Shown: positions 36,701 through 50,583 of the stretch, in pieces
How positions within the stretch are numbered: position 1 is the stretch's first letter
Layout of the letters: each line of letters begins with the position of its first letter
Source: Malacoraja senta
Lineage: Eukaryota
Reading direction: 5' to 3'
Assembly: GCA_038087875.1 (NCBI GenBank)
Contig: CM075994.1
Coordinates: 7,752,001 to 7,816,000 of the forward strand
Length of the DNA stretch: 64,000 bases
Made by a program: the position numbers and the translations under genes
The notes under the pieces: model-generated
The model's database searches: none
What the model saw: the letters and a program-made list of their open reading frames with translations, nothing else
Told to the model about the DNA's origin: nothing

Positions 36701-37560
36701 CTTTCCCATTAACTCCGTCCTTGACTATCCCATTTGACACCCCCCCCCCCCCCTTATTTAGTTTAAAACCACCTGTGTAGCAGTGGCAAACCTGCCTGTC
36801 AGAATGCTGGTCCCCCACCTGTTAAGGTGCAATCTGTCCCTTTTGTACAGTTCCCCCTTACTCCAAAACAGATCCCAGTGGTCTAAGAATCTAAATTCCT
36901 TCCCCCTTGCACCAGTTTCCCAGCCACACATTCAGGTCTTGTATCTCCCTGTTCCTGCTCTCGCCAGCATGAGGAACTGGAAGCAAACCGGAGATAACAA
37001 CCCTGGAGGTCCTGCTTTTCAGCACTTTTCCGAGCTCTCTAAAGTCACGCTTCAGACTATTCATCCCCTTCTTTCCGACATCGTTTGTGCCAACATGCAC
37101 TACCACTTCCGGCTGTTCACCTACGCCCTTGAGGATTTTCTGCACTCTGTCCGTGACATCCTGGATCCTGGCACCAGGGAGGCAGCACACCATCCTCGAA
37201 TCCTGTCTGTTGCCGCAGAAACCTTAGCAAACCAGTGCGCCGCTCAGTGTATCAACGTCTTCTGTCCCGACTGCTTTTAAGTGGGCAAACCTGTTCACAA
37301 GAGGTACAACATCCGGGGACCTGTGCATTCCATGTTTACTTCCCTTTCGCACTGTCACCCACCTTCTCTCTTCCAGTACCTTAGGTGTAACAATCTTGCT
37401 GTAGGACTCGTCGAGGAACGACTCAGCCTCTCGGACGAACCTGAGGTCATCCACTTGCTTCTCCAGTTCCCCAACTCAGTCCTTCAGGAGCCGTACCTGG
37501 ATGCACTTCTCACACTTGCAGCAGCCAGAGGCACCAGCGGTGTCCTTGACCCACTTCTCT
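33714..37560 (-). mobile_element. Near full-length CR1 LINE (ORF1 Cys-rich/coiled-coil + SGNH esterase; ORF2 EN-RT), frameshifted
   Basis: ORF1 pieces 37224-37454 and 36891-37193 (CLPGARIQDV, VVVHVGTND); ORF2 pieces 36396-36818, 35329-36483, 34382-35071, 34079-34381. Confidence 0.95.
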
Positions 37561-38389
37561 AGTTCCCTCTGAAGTTCCCCAGGAACTTCTCTAGTTCCCT
37601 TTGAATACTGTTTGAAGCTGCCACCAATCTGAGATAGCAATGCATTCTACGTAGTAATCACTTGCTCAGACATCTTTTTGAAAGAAATGTTGCCATTGTA
37701 TCACTGATAGTTTTGCCAATCATCTTAATTCTTTCTCCTGTGGGGTGATCTTTTTGTCATAGTCCATTATGTTATTGCTGTCGGCTCTATCTGGACTTCA
37801 TGATTTTAAATATCAGATCTCTCCTAAATCTCCTCCGTTCCAAGGATAACTGCTACGTATGGTCACAGCAAGGAGGTGGCCATTGCACCCATCAAATAAT
37901 TACTGGCTTATGTAGGAGTGATTCAGTTTGTCTCACTTCCATTTGTCCTGCAAATTCTTTCAGATAATGTCGGCTCCCTTTTGAACACTACAGTTAAATC
38001 TGCCTTCCAAAGCAGACCGTGACCAGTTGCTCCAAACAAGGGAAAATAAACCATTTTTGGGTCTCTTGGAGGATTAGCCACTGGGCATTTGAGGAACTGA
38101 CTATTTCTATTGTTCTTAATTGCAGTAGCTGTTAATTACTAAATAGAAGATAGAAACATAGAAAATAGGTGCAGTAGTAGGCCATTCGGCCCTTTGAGCC
38201 AGCACTGCTATTCAATATGATCATGGCTGATCGTCCAAAATCAGTATCCCGTTCCTTCTTTCTCCCCATATCCATTGATTCCGTTAGCCCTCAGAGCCCT
38301 CGGATCTCTTGAAAACATAGAGTGAATTAGCCTCCACTGCCTTGTGTGGCAGAGAATTCTACAGGTTCACAACTCTGGGCGAAAAGATT

Positions 38390-39000
38390 GACAAAAAATG
38401 TTGGAGTAATAACTCAGTGGGACAGGCAGCATCTCTGGAGAGAAGGAATGGGTGATGTTTTGGGTCGAGACCGTACTTCAGATTGATGTCAGGGGAGAGG
38501 GAGACATAGATAAGGAAGTGTGAAAATAGGACAAAGGGAATGGAGATCAAGGAAAATGTGGAAAAGATCATTGTTAGTTGGGAGAAGATAACAACAAAGC
38601 AAACAGAGATAAAATGTAGTCAGAGACATTAAGACTGGTCGGAGAACTGGGAAGGGAGAGGGATGGTGAAAGGAAACGCAAGGGTTACTTGAAGTTAGAG
38701 AAGTCGATGTTCATACCGCTAGGATGTAAGCTGCCCAAGCAAAATATGAGGTGCTGTTCCTCCAATTTGTACTGGGCCTCACTGACAATGGAGGAGGTCC
38801 AGGACAGAAAAGTCAGATTGGGAATGGGAGGGTGAGTTAAAGTGCTGAACAACCGGGAGATCAGGTAGGTTTAGGCGGACCGAGCGGAGTTATTCAGCGA
38901 AACGATCGCCAAGCCTGCGCTTGGTCGCTGAATATCTCTGCTCAGTCCGCCTAAACCTACCTGATCTCCCGTTTGCTAAACACTTTAACTCCCCCTCCCA
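38390..39000 (-). mobile_element. Penelope-like element 3' fragment (GIY-YIG C-terminus + terminal repeat) with short inversion
   Basis: Minus strand reads TKRRLGDRFAE*LRSVRLNLPDLPVVQHFNSPSH; 38928-39000 is an inverted copy of ~38820-38900. Confidence 0.85.
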
Positions 39001-39183
39001 TTTTTATGATACAATGTAATTTATTAGGGAACAGTTTAAAAACCAGTAGGAGCCAGATGAGTTTGATCACATATGATGCTGGGCATGGTTTAGAGAAAAA
39101 GTGGTTATTCCTGATGAGGATGAAGCGATACCAGAACAATGGAATCAGATTGAGCTTCTATGGTGCTGAAAGATCCTAGCTGC

Positions 39184-39792
39184 TGTTGATAGTTTAAAGA
39201 TTTAGAAGTCACAAAATGGATTCTGCAGTAGATTTAGAAGCAATAACATGAATGCTTAACCTTTCTCCTGCGACACTAGCAAGAGTACAGCACAATAACA
39301 TGATTTTTTCGCCTTTCTTCTACAACACTAGCGAGATTACAGCACAATAACATGAATGTTTTTGCTCTGATGTTAACGATCAGAAAGATGTTCAGACAAC
39401 TCGTTCCTACCCTTTACTCTACAAATTGTAATGTACAAAAAATAAATCAACAAGGTAAAAAAACGAGTGCTTGAATCTGCAAAAAATAGCTCCTTCAGCA
39501 TAACTACATATGGGCTAACCTTTCCTCTCTAGGAAGAACCTGTCAATCCTTTGATTATAACAGGCAAGAGGCTGTACAATGCCCTGTAAGATAAAGAATA
39601 GCTGAATTGCTGATTATTAGGGTATAAATATATCTGATTGAACATTACCTCTGTGTGTGGAGAAAGAGAGACTGTAGTCTGTATTTTACATACTGTGAGA
39701 CTTGACTGCCACACCCGCCTGGCAAAATAAAGACGTTACTGTATTACTAACTTTTGTGTTGTTATCTGTTTGAAGCAAATTGGACCATAACA
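39184..39792 (+). mobile_element. Solo LTR
   Basis: TGTT...AACA ends, flanks CTGC/CTGT, internal ~52-bp tandem repeats, TATAAA at ~39623 and AATAAA at ~39726 in U3-R-U5 order. Confidence 0.65.
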
Positions 39793-40382
39793 CTGTGATT
39801 ATGCATGGTTATACATGGTTCGAGTTTATTTGGTGTTGCACTCTCTCAAGGAAGCCGGGTGTCAAATAAACCCCTTCACCAAACCATGTGTGTTCCAATC
39901 TACAAAAAAAGTGGCATATCATAAATATTGTTGTAGTTATTCAGGGAAGTATTCAACAAAACCGAAGTTGTAGGAACAATGACCAAGGTGACCACTCGAG
40001 TTGAATTTGGCCAAACAACTTAAGCTTTGTGGCGATGAAGGTATTTGGCCACTAGCCTATATCAGTCAGGATATTGAGTAAAGGATTTGTAACTTTAAGT
40101 TGCAGTTGTATAAGCATAGGAGAATGTGGGGTGAACTTGTAATGGTGTGTAAAATTAAAGGCCAGAGATAAGATGAACATATTGTTGTTTTTCCCAAGGA
40201 TAGGGAATCAAAAGTTGGAGGGCACAGGTTTAAGATGAGAGGGGAAAGATTTAAAGGGTTCTGCGGGGCAACCAGTCCACACAGCGTGATGTGTATATAC
40301 TATAGAACAAGCTGCTGGACAAATTGGTTGAGCCAGGTACAATAACATTTCAAAAACATTTGGCAAGATACATGGATAGGTC

Positions 40383-41385
40383 ATAAGTGACGGGAGTAGA
40401 GTTAGGCCATTCGGCCCATCAAGTCTTGTCTGCCATTCAATCATTGATGATCTCCCTCCTAACCCCGTTCTCCTGCCTTCTCCCCATAACCTCTGACACC
40501 TGTACTAATCAACAATCTATCTCTGCCTTAAAAATATCCACTGACTTGGTCTCCACAGCCTTCTGTGGCAAAAAAAATCCACAGATTCACCACCCTCTGA
40601 CTGAAGAAATTTCTCCCCATCTCCTTCCTAAAAGAACATCCGTTAATTCTGAGGCTATGACCTCTAGTCCTAGACTCCCACTGGTGGAAATGTACTCTCC
40701 ACATCCTCTCTAACCAAGCCTTTCACTATTCTGTACGTTTCAATGAGAGGTCCCCCCTCATTCTTCTAAACTCCAGCGAGTACAGGCCCAGTGCGACAGA
40801 CACTCATCATAGGTTAATCTATTCATTCCTGGGATCATTTTTGTAAACCTCCTCTGGACCCTCTCCAGAGCCAGCACATCCTTCCTCAGATATGGTGCCC
40901 AAAATTGCTCAATATTACAGATGTGGCCTTAAATGTAATGCAGAGGCCTTATAGAGACTGCATTACATCCCTGTATTTGTATACAAGCCTTCTTGAAATA
41001 AATGCTCGCATTGAGTTTGCTCTCTTTTCTACCGATTCAACTTGCAGATTAAATTTTGGGGAATTCTGCATCAGCACTCCCAAGTCCCTAACAACCTCTG
41101 ATTTCTGATTTTTCTCCCCATTTAAAAAAATAGTTTACACCTTTATTCCTACTACCAAAATGCATTACGCCACACTTTGCTCCACTATATTGCATCTACC
41201 ACTTCCCTGCCCACTCTCCCGACCTATCCAAGTCCCTCTGCAGAGTCCCTGCTTTCTCTACACTACCTGCCCCTCCACCTACTTTCGTATCATCCGCAAA
41301 CATGGCCACAAAGCCTTCAATCCCCTCGTCCAAATCATTAATGTACAAAGTGAAGAGTAGCGGCCCCAGCACCAATCCCTGTGGA
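40383..41385 (-). mobile_element. Diverged 5'-truncated CR1 LINE
   Basis: RT C-terminal remnants and 3' UTR on the minus strand, nested in an older CR1 3' end. Confidence 0.8.
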
Positions 41386-41438
41386 ATAGGAAAGGTTGAG
41401 GAATGAACTAAGGCAAATGGAACTATCTAAGATAGGCA

Positions 41439-41528
41439 GAAAACAAAATGCTGGAGTAACTCAGCGGGACAGACAGCATCTCTGGAGAGAAGGAATGGGT
41501 GAAGTTTCGGGTCGAGACCCTTCTTCAG
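41439..41528 (-). mobile_element. 90-bp Penelope-repeat fragment with hammerhead-like core
   Basis: Flanked by 17-bp direct repeat ACTATCTAAGATAGGCA; minus strand begins CTGAAGAAGGGTCTCGACCCGAAACTTC. Confidence 0.7.
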
Positions 41529-41809
41529 ACTATCTAAGATAGGCATTTTGGTCAGCATGGATGAGTTGGACTGAAGGGCTTGTTTCCATGTTGTATTCCT
41601 CAACGACAATAACTTAATAGAAGCGTATAATCTCTGTCACCTTCCACTATGTTAAATGCTATGCCTTACGCTGGTACTATCAAAGAAAAAATCCGATAAG
41701 TAAAGAAAGTCTTCATCAGAATACAGAAAATTCAAATAGTACATTGACTTAGATAGTGCATTGCCAAATGAAAACAGGTACACCCTTTTGGGAGCTATTG
41801 GTGCAGACG

Positions 41810-44800
41810 AACACTTCCAGTCAGAGCGGCGGGCAGGTCGGTGGCTCCAATCCCAGCGATGAGACTCGACTGGCGAGACCGACGTCGGGCAGAGCTATAG
41901 TGGTGGGTGACTCCATTGTCCGAGGTGCGGACTGGAGATTCTGTGGCGGCAGTCGAGACTCGAGGATGGTCTGTTGCCTCCGTGGAGCCAGGGTTCAAGA
42001 TGTCACAAACTGACTTCAGAACATCCTCGAGAGGGAAGGTGAACAGCCGGAAGTAGTTGTGCACGTGGACACAAACGACGTTGGGAAGTAGAAGAAGGAG
42101 GGTCTGCAACGCGAATTTAGTGAGTTAGGAAGAAGACTGAAAAGCAGGACTTCTAGGGTGGTTATCTCTGGATTGCTTCCAGTACCTCGTGCTAGTGAGG
42201 ACAGGAACAGGGAGACGGGATTTGAATGTGTGGCTGGGGGGCTGGTGCAGGGAGCAAGGATTTAGATTTATAGACCACTGGGATCTCTTCTGGGTACGGG
42301 TGACCTGTACAAAAGGGACAGGTTACACCTTAACTGTAGGGGGACCGACGTTCTGGCAGGCAGGTTTGATAGTGCTACACGTGTGGGTTTAAACTAAATA
42401 GTGGGGGGGAGGGGTTGACAAATTGGGAGTATAAAGATGGAGTTAAAGGGGAAGTGAGGACAGGAAAAGTTACAAAAGACTCGAATTAATGGGAAGGAAA
42501 GTTCGAGAAGGGATAAAAGAGGAAGGTCAGCGCCAATAGTGACCAGTGTGAGAGAGGAGGTGAATACCGAAGTTAAAGTGTTGTATATGAATGCGCAAAG
42601 TATAAGAAATAAAGTAAATGAGCTTGAGGTTCAGTTAGAAATTGGCAAGTATGATGTTGTGGGAATTACAGAGACATGGCTACTGAATATTCAAGGGTAT
42701 ACGTCCTATCGAAAAGACAGGTGGGCAGAGGGGGTGGGGTAGCTCTGTTGGTGAGGAATGAAATTCAGTCCCTTGCGAGGGGTGACATAGAATCAGGAGA
42801 TCTAGAGTCAGTATGGATAGAACTAAGGAATTGTAAGGGTAAAAATACCCAAATGGGAGTTAACTACAGGCTCCCAAACAGTAGCCTGGATATAAGTTGA
42901 ATCAAGAATTAAAATTGGCATGTCGCAAAGGTAATGCAACGGTTGTTATGGGAGATTTCAACATGCAGGTAGACTGGGAAAATCAGGTTGGTACTGGACC
43001 CCCAAGAAAGGGAGTTTGTGGAGTGCCTCCGTGATGGATTCTTAGAGCAGCTTATACTGGAGCCTAACAGGGTGAAGGCAATTCTGGATTTAGTGTTGTG
43101 TAATGAACCGGATTTCATAAGGGAACTCGAGGTAAAGGAGCCATTAGGAGTTAGTGACCATAATATGTTTTAATCTAAAATTTGAGAGGGAGAGGGAGAA
43201 GGGAAAATCAGAAGTGTCAGTATTACAATTGAACAAAGGGGACTATGGAGCCATGAGGGAGGAACTGGCCAAAGTTGACTGGAAAGATACCCCAGCAGGG
43301 ATGACAGTGGAACAAAAATGGCAGGTATTTCTAGGAATAATACAGAAGGTACAGGATCAATTCATTCCAAAGTGGAAGAAAGATTCCAAGGGGAGTAACA
43401 TACCTGCCAACATTTGAAAATGAAAAATCTTACTCTGAGTGCGCGGGTTGACGGAGGCGCTCACCCATTACGGGTCATACCTATGTAAAAGTATAAGAAT
43501 GCATAACTTATTTATTGTGTATTTGTAATGCAGTTTATTGTGTATTATATGTCATAGCTGCTTTCTTGCATTTGTCCAGAAGTTTATCATTGCAAGTCAT
43601 TTGGTAGCAGTTTCCCCATGGCCTGTGGAAACGTTAAGAGGCTGGAATATCTCTCTCCCTCCCTCTCCCCCTCTCCCCCTCTCCCTTCTCCCCCTCTCCC
43701 CCTCTCCCCCTCTCCCCCTTTCTTTCTCTTTCTTTCTCCCCCCCCCCCAATATAATAATAAAAGAGACGTAGCAAAGATGAACAGGAAGCCAGAGGATTG
43801 GGAAACTTTTAAAGAGCAACAGAAGATAACTAAAAAGGCAATATGGGGCGAAAAATGAGGTACGATGTAAGCTAGCCAGGAATATAAAGGAGGATAGTAA
43901 AAGCTTCTTTAGGTATGTGATGAGGAAAAAATTAGTTAAGACCAAAGTTGGACCCTTGAAGACTGAAACAGGTGAATTTATTATGGGGAACAAGGAAATG
44001 GCAGATGAGTTGAACACGAACTTTGGATCCATCTTCACTAAGGAAGACACAAATAATCTTCCTGATGTACTAGTGGCCAGAGGATCTAGGGTGACGGAGG
44101 AACTGAAGGAAATTTACATTAGGCAGGAAATGGTGTTTAGACTGATGGGACTGAAGGCTGATAAATCCACAGGGCCTGATGGTCTGCATCCCAGGGTACT
44201 TAAGGAAGTGGCTCTAAAAATCGTGGACGCATTGGTGATCATTTTCCAATATTCTATAGATTCAGGATCAGTTCCTGTGGATTGGAGGGTAGCTAATGTT
44301 ATCCCACTTTTTAAGAAAGGCGGGAGTGAGCCTGACATCGGTGGTGGGGAAGATGCTGGAGTCAATTATAAAATATGAAATAGCGGCACATTTGGATAGC
44401 AGTAACAGGATCGGTCCGAGTCAGCATGGATTTACGAAGGGGAAATCATGCTTAACTGATCTTCTGGAATTTTCTGAAGATGTAACTAGGAAAATGGACA
44501 AGAGGGAGCCAGTGGATGTAGTGTACCTGGACTTTCAGAAAGCATTTGATAAGGTCCCACATAGGAGATTAATGGGCAAAATTAGGGCACATGGTATTGG
44601 GGGTAGAGTGCTGACATGGATAGAGAAGTGGTTGGCAGACAGGAAACAAAGAGTAGGGATGAATGGGTTCCTTTCAGAATGGCAGGCAGTGACTAGTGGG
44701 GTACCGTAAGGCTCGGTGCTGGGACCGCAGCTATTTACAATATACATCAATGATTTAGATGATGGGATTAAAAGTAACATTAGCAAATTTGCAGATGACA

Positions 44801-45715
44801 CAAAGCTGGATGGCAGTGTGAACTGTGAGGAGGATGCTATGAGGATGCAGGGTGACTTGGATAGGTTGGGTGAGTGGACAAATGCATGGCAGATGCAGTT
44901 TTATGTGGAAAATGTGAGGTTATCCACTTTGGTCTCAAAAACAGGCAGATTATTATCTGAATGGTGTCAAATTGGGAAAAGGGGCAGTATTACGAGATCT
45001 GGGAGTCCCTGTTCATCAGTCACTGAAAGTATGCATGCAGGTACAGCAGGCAGTGAAGAAAGCAAATGGCATATTGGCCTTCATAACAAGAGGAGTTGTG
45101 TATAGGAGCAACAAGGTCCTTCTGCAGTTGTACAGGGCCCTAGTGAGACCACACCTGGAGTAGTGTGTGCAGTTTTGGTGTCCAAATTTAAGGACTGACA
45201 TTCTTGCTATTGAGGGAGTGCAGCGTAGGTTCACGAGGTTAATTCCTGGGATGACAGGACTGTCATATGTTGATAGAATGGAGCGGCTTGTATACTCTGG
45301 AATTTAGAAGGATGAGAGGGAATCTTATTGAAACATATAAGATTATTAAGGGTTTGGACACGCTAGAGGCAGGAAACATGTTCTCGATGTTGGGGGAGTC
45401 CAGAACCAGGGGCCACAGTTTAAGCCATTTAGGGCTAAGCCATTTAGAACGGAGATGAGGAAAAACTTTTTCACACAGAGGGTTGTGAATCTGTGGAATT
45501 CTCTGCCTCAGAAGGTAGTGGAGGCCAATTATCTGGATGCTTTTGAGATAGTGTTAGATAGAGCTCTTAACGATAGCGGAGTGAGGGGATATGGGGAGAA
45601 GGCAGGAACGGGGTATTGATTGTAGATGATCAGTCGTGATCATATTGAATGGCGGTGCTGGCCCGAAGGGCCGAATGGTCTACTCCTGCACCTATTGCTT
45701 ATTGTCTATTGTCTC
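41810..45715 (+). mobile_element. Near full-length CR1 LINE (ORF1 esterase + ORF2), decayed, interrupted at ~43398-43760
   Basis: AIVVGDSIVRG esterase motif, EN and RT fragments, (CTATTGT)n tail. Confidence 0.93.
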
Positions 45716-48445
45716 AATACTGTGAAGTGGGAAAAGAAGCTGCAAAATGCAACTGAAGGCAATGGCAGGAGCAATTCCCCCAGGACACCCATGGACAGGT
45801 TTAACCACAGCTCAGGCTATTGTAAGCTACAGATCTGTAGCCAATAGTTATGGATGAATAACCCCATAGAGTACTACATATATGTGGGAGACAGTCTGCA
45901 CAACATCAGTTGTCGGTTTGGAAGATAACGGTAGTAAAATTATTATTTTGACTGCATTTTAGCATTTTCAAAGCAACTTTTGTTTTATTATGTTTAATCA
46001 GTGGAGAAACCCACAAGATGTGATAATTACTGTATGAATTGATCTGCAGATAGATAATGTAGACAGTAGAAGAGTTGCAGTACATTAAACTGCACAAGGT
46101 CCCCAAGAAAGTCCCAGGACATTTGAGAATCAGAAATGTAATCCATAACACAAGGGGAAACCCCAATGAGACTGTTTTTCAGAGAAAGAAAAAAGTTGAA
46201 TTTTTAAAGAATGCAGCCGTCATTGTAGACTGTCCCACACCTACCATTACTCATCATACGTTAATCTATGTAAATAATCAAAAGTAGTAGTTCTCACAAA
46301 GGGAAATCCAATCCAAAAATAACCCAATCCCCTACTGCACCATTCCTTAAGAATATGTTTTAGTCATAAGTCTGGAAACATTGTCAAAAAAACATAGGGC
46401 AAAGTTTTTTTTAAATCTCTGTTCTGTCATGGATGCTTGGAAATGAGAATGTTTGGAAATTGCTGGAGTTTTGGCTGAAGTGGGGATATTTGGACATTTT
46501 GCCTGATCAATACCTTTTGTTTGAATTTCTTGAAGATTTAAAGATCTCCTTGATTGTGTTTTAAGCTGCGTTTCCTGGTTAAATTTTGAATGACTTCAAA
46601 GTGGGTGAATGCTCCGAGGTTTATAATATTACATGAGGTGTGGCAATAAAAACGAAAGAGTGTATGATTGTGGATGTGAACGGGTTGCCACTCGTTACTT
46701 TAATTTCATGTTTCATGTATCTTGTGTTCTCTGTCTTTCGGCAGACCAATTTCCCTCCTGTGAAAAATAAAGTTCTATTGCATTATTTTGTAAAGGGAAT
46801 TAAAGTTGCAAGATCTCATATTTCAACAGGCATTGTCCCACCTGGGAAGCTATGGATGGTGCAGCCATGTGTGGTTCCATGTACTTTCTCTTTAACTATC
46901 ATGTTTTAGCTACAACATGAGCCACAACAACAGTCGTGTCACCTGACCGAGCGGTAGCTGGTGAAGAAGGGCTCGTTGGTGCAGAACCAGCGGCATCGGA
47001 CACCAGTTTTAAGGTGAAAAGACAAAGTGCTGGAGTAACTCAGGAGACTGAATCTGTCTGAAGAAGGATCTCAACATCACCTATCCATGTTCTCCAGAGA
47101 TGTTGCCTGACCCAGAGTTACTCCAGCACTTTGTGTCCTTGTGTATTAATCACCATCTGCACTTCTTTGTTTCAACTCCATTCAGTGATAATACCTTACT
47201 CGTTTATAACGGAAAATCGGCAATGATGAACGACATTCCCCGTCGCCCATCATAACGATGGTTTACTGTTCTTCAGTAAGGTTATCCCTCAGCCTCTTGC
47301 GTTCCAAAGCCTCTCCTTATAATTCAAGCGTGCAAGTCAAAGTAACATCCTGGTGAATCTATTCTATACCTTTCAACATAATGACATCCTTGTAATAGAC
47401 TGGCAACTAGAGCTACACACAGTACCCCAAGTATCCTTTCACCAACAACTTGTACAGCTGTATCATAATGTCTTAACCTTTCCACTCAATATCCATCCCT
47501 ATGAGGGAATGTGTGCCAAACACCACCTTAAGCTCCCTGTCCCTTAACCGCCACTTTAAGGGAACCACATGTCTGTACCTCTAAAAATCTTTGTTCCACA
47601 AGACACTCCAGGGCTCTACCATTTAATGTATATATCCTACCCAGTTTTGACCTACCAAAGTGCAACACCTCACACTTGTCAGAGTTAAATTCCATTTGCC
47701 ATTCCGTGGCCCACCTTTCCAATTGATCTCGACTTGGATATCCTTCCCCGTTTTTCCTCTGTTAGATTTGAATTGAATTGAATACATTTTATTAGCCAAG
47801 TATGTATACATACAAGCAATTTGCCTTGGTGCTTTTCTCGTAAGGATAACAACACGATATACAGTAGACAATTACAAATAAAACGTAATTTAAACATGTG
47901 AAGAATAAAATAAAATACCAGAGCATAAGGAGGCTACAAACTTTTGGTTATTGAGTAGAGCTACAGCTCGTGGAAAAATGTTGTTTTTATGTCTGGCTGT
48001 GGCGGCTTTGACAGTCTGGAGTCACCTCCCAGAGGGAAGTACTGTGGCCAGGGTGAGAGGGGTCAGAGATGATCTTACCCACTTGCTTCCTGGACCTTGC
48101 AGTGTACACTTCGTCAATGGGGGGAAGATTGCAGCCAACAATCTTCTCGGTTGATCGAACGATTCGCTGCAGCCTCCGGGTGTCATGCTTGGTGGCTGAG
48201 CCAAACCAGACCATGATGGAGAAGGTGAGGACAGACTCTATGATGGCAGTATAAAACTGGACCATCATTGCCTGTGGCAGATTGTGTTTTCTCAGCTACT
48301 GCAAGAAGTACATCCTCTGTTGGGCCTTTTTGACTGTGGAGTCGATGGTGGCCTCCCATTTAAGGTCCCTGGATTCCCTGCATGATGGTTCCAAGGAACT
48401 TAAATGACTCCACATATGTGACTGTGGTGTTGTTGAAGTGAGTGG

Positions 48446-50432
48446 GGGGAAACTTTGAGGGTATGAGACGTGAATTGGCCAAGATAGACTGGCAAGTGAT
48501 TCTTAAAGGGTTGATGGTGGATATGCAATGGAAGGCATTTAAAGACTGCATGGATGAACTACAACAATTGTTCATCCCAATTTGGCAAAATAATAAATCA
48601 GGGAAGGTAGCGCATCCGTGGATAACAAGGGAAATCAGGGATAGTATCAAAACAAAATATGAAGCATACAAATTAGCCAGAAAAAGCAGCCTACCAGAGG
48701 ACTGGGAGAAATTCAGTCCAGCAGAGGAGGACAAAGGGCTTAATTAGGAAAGGAAAAATAGATTATGAAAAAAAACTGGCAGGGAACATATAAAAACCGA
48801 CTGCAAACATTTTTATAGATATGTGAAGAGAAAAAGATTAGTTAAAACAAATGTAGGTCCCTTGCAGTCAGAAACTGGTGAATTGATCATGGGGAACAAG
48901 GATATGGCAGACCAATTGAATAACTACTTTGGTTCTGTCTTCACTAAGGAAGACATAAATAATCTGCCGGAAATAGCAGGGGACCGGGGGTCAAATGAAA
49001 CTAAGTGAAATCCCGGTTAGCCGGGAAGTGGTGTTAGGTAAATTGAATGGATTAAAGGCCGATAAATCCCCAGGGCCAGACAGGCTGCATCCCAGAGTAC
49101 TTAAGGAAGTAGCCCCAGAAATAGTGGATGCATTAGTGATAATTTTTCAGCATGGATTTATGAAAGGTAAATCATGTCTGACGAATCTTATAGAATTTTT
49201 CGAGGATGTAACTAGTAGAGTGGATAAGGGAGAACCAGTGGATGTGTTATATCTGGACTTTCAGAAAGCTTTCGACAAGGTCCCACATAAGAGATTAGTT
49301 TGCAAACTTAAAGCACACGGTATTGGGGGTTCAGTATGGATGTGGATAGAGAATTGTCTGGCAGACAGGAAGCAAAGAGTAGGAGTAAACGGGTCCTTTT
49401 CAGAATGGCAGGCAGTGACTAGTGGGGTACCGCAAGGCTCAGTGCTGGGACCCCAGCTATTTACAATTTATATTAATGACCTGGATGAGGGAATTGAATG
49501 CAACACCTCCATGTTTGCGGATGACACGAAGCTGGGGGGCAGTGTTAGCTGTGAGGAGGATGCTAGGAGGCTGCAAGGTGACTTGGATAGGTTGGGTGAG
49601 TGGGCAAATGCATGGCAGATGCAGTATAATGTGGATAAATGTGAGGTTATCCACTTTGGTGGCAAAAACAGGAAAGTAGACTATTATCTGAATGGTGGCC
49701 GATTAGGAAAAGGGGAGATGCAATGAGATCTGGGTGTCATGGTACAACAGTCATTGAAAGTAGGCATGCAGGTGCAGCAGGCAGTGAAGAAAGCGAATGG
49801 TATGTTAGCATTCATAGCAAAAGGATTTGAGTATAAGAGCAGGAAGGTTCTACTGCAGTTGTACAGGGTCTTGGTGAGGCCACACCTGGAGTATTGCGTA
49901 CAGTTTTGGTCACCGAATCTGAGGAAAGACATTCTTGCCATAGAGGGAGTACAGAGAAGGTTCACCAGACTGATTCCTGGGATGGCAGGACTTTCATATG
50001 AAGAAAGACTGGATAGACTTGGCTTGTACTCGCTAGAATTTAGAAGATTGAGGGGGGATCTTATAGAAACTTACAAGATTCTTAAGGGGTTGGACAGGCT
50101 AGATGCAGGAAGATTGTTCCCGATGTTGGGGAAGTCCAGAACAAGGGGTCACAGTTTAAGGATAAGGGGGAAGTCTTTTAGGACCGAGATGAGAAAATCA
50201 TTTTTCACACAGAGAATGGTGAATCTGTGGAATTCTCTGCCACAGAAGGTAGTTGAGGCCAGTTCATGGGCTATATTTAAGAGGGAGTTAGATGTGGCCC
50301 TTGTGGCTAAAGGGATCAGGGGGTATGGAGAGAAGGCAGGTACGGGATACTGAGTTGGATGATCAGCCATGATCATATTGACAGGTCGAAGGGCCGAATG
50401 GCCTACTCCTGCACCTATATTCTATGTATCTA
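48446..50432 (+). mobile_element. 5'-truncated CR1 LINE nested in Rex1
   Basis: RT ORFs 48995-49726 and 49739-50353; internal deletion near 49148; CTATGTAT tail. Confidence 0.93.
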
Positions 50433-50583
50433 TGAAAGGGGGTGAGGGGGAGCTCTCCGAAAGTCTACAATCAATTCCACTGTCTTAAGAGCATTCAGCT
50501 CCAGGTTGTTGCGATGGCACCAGGAAGCCAGCTGTGTCACTTCTTGTCCATAGGCAGATTCCTCCCCATCCTGGATCAGTCCC

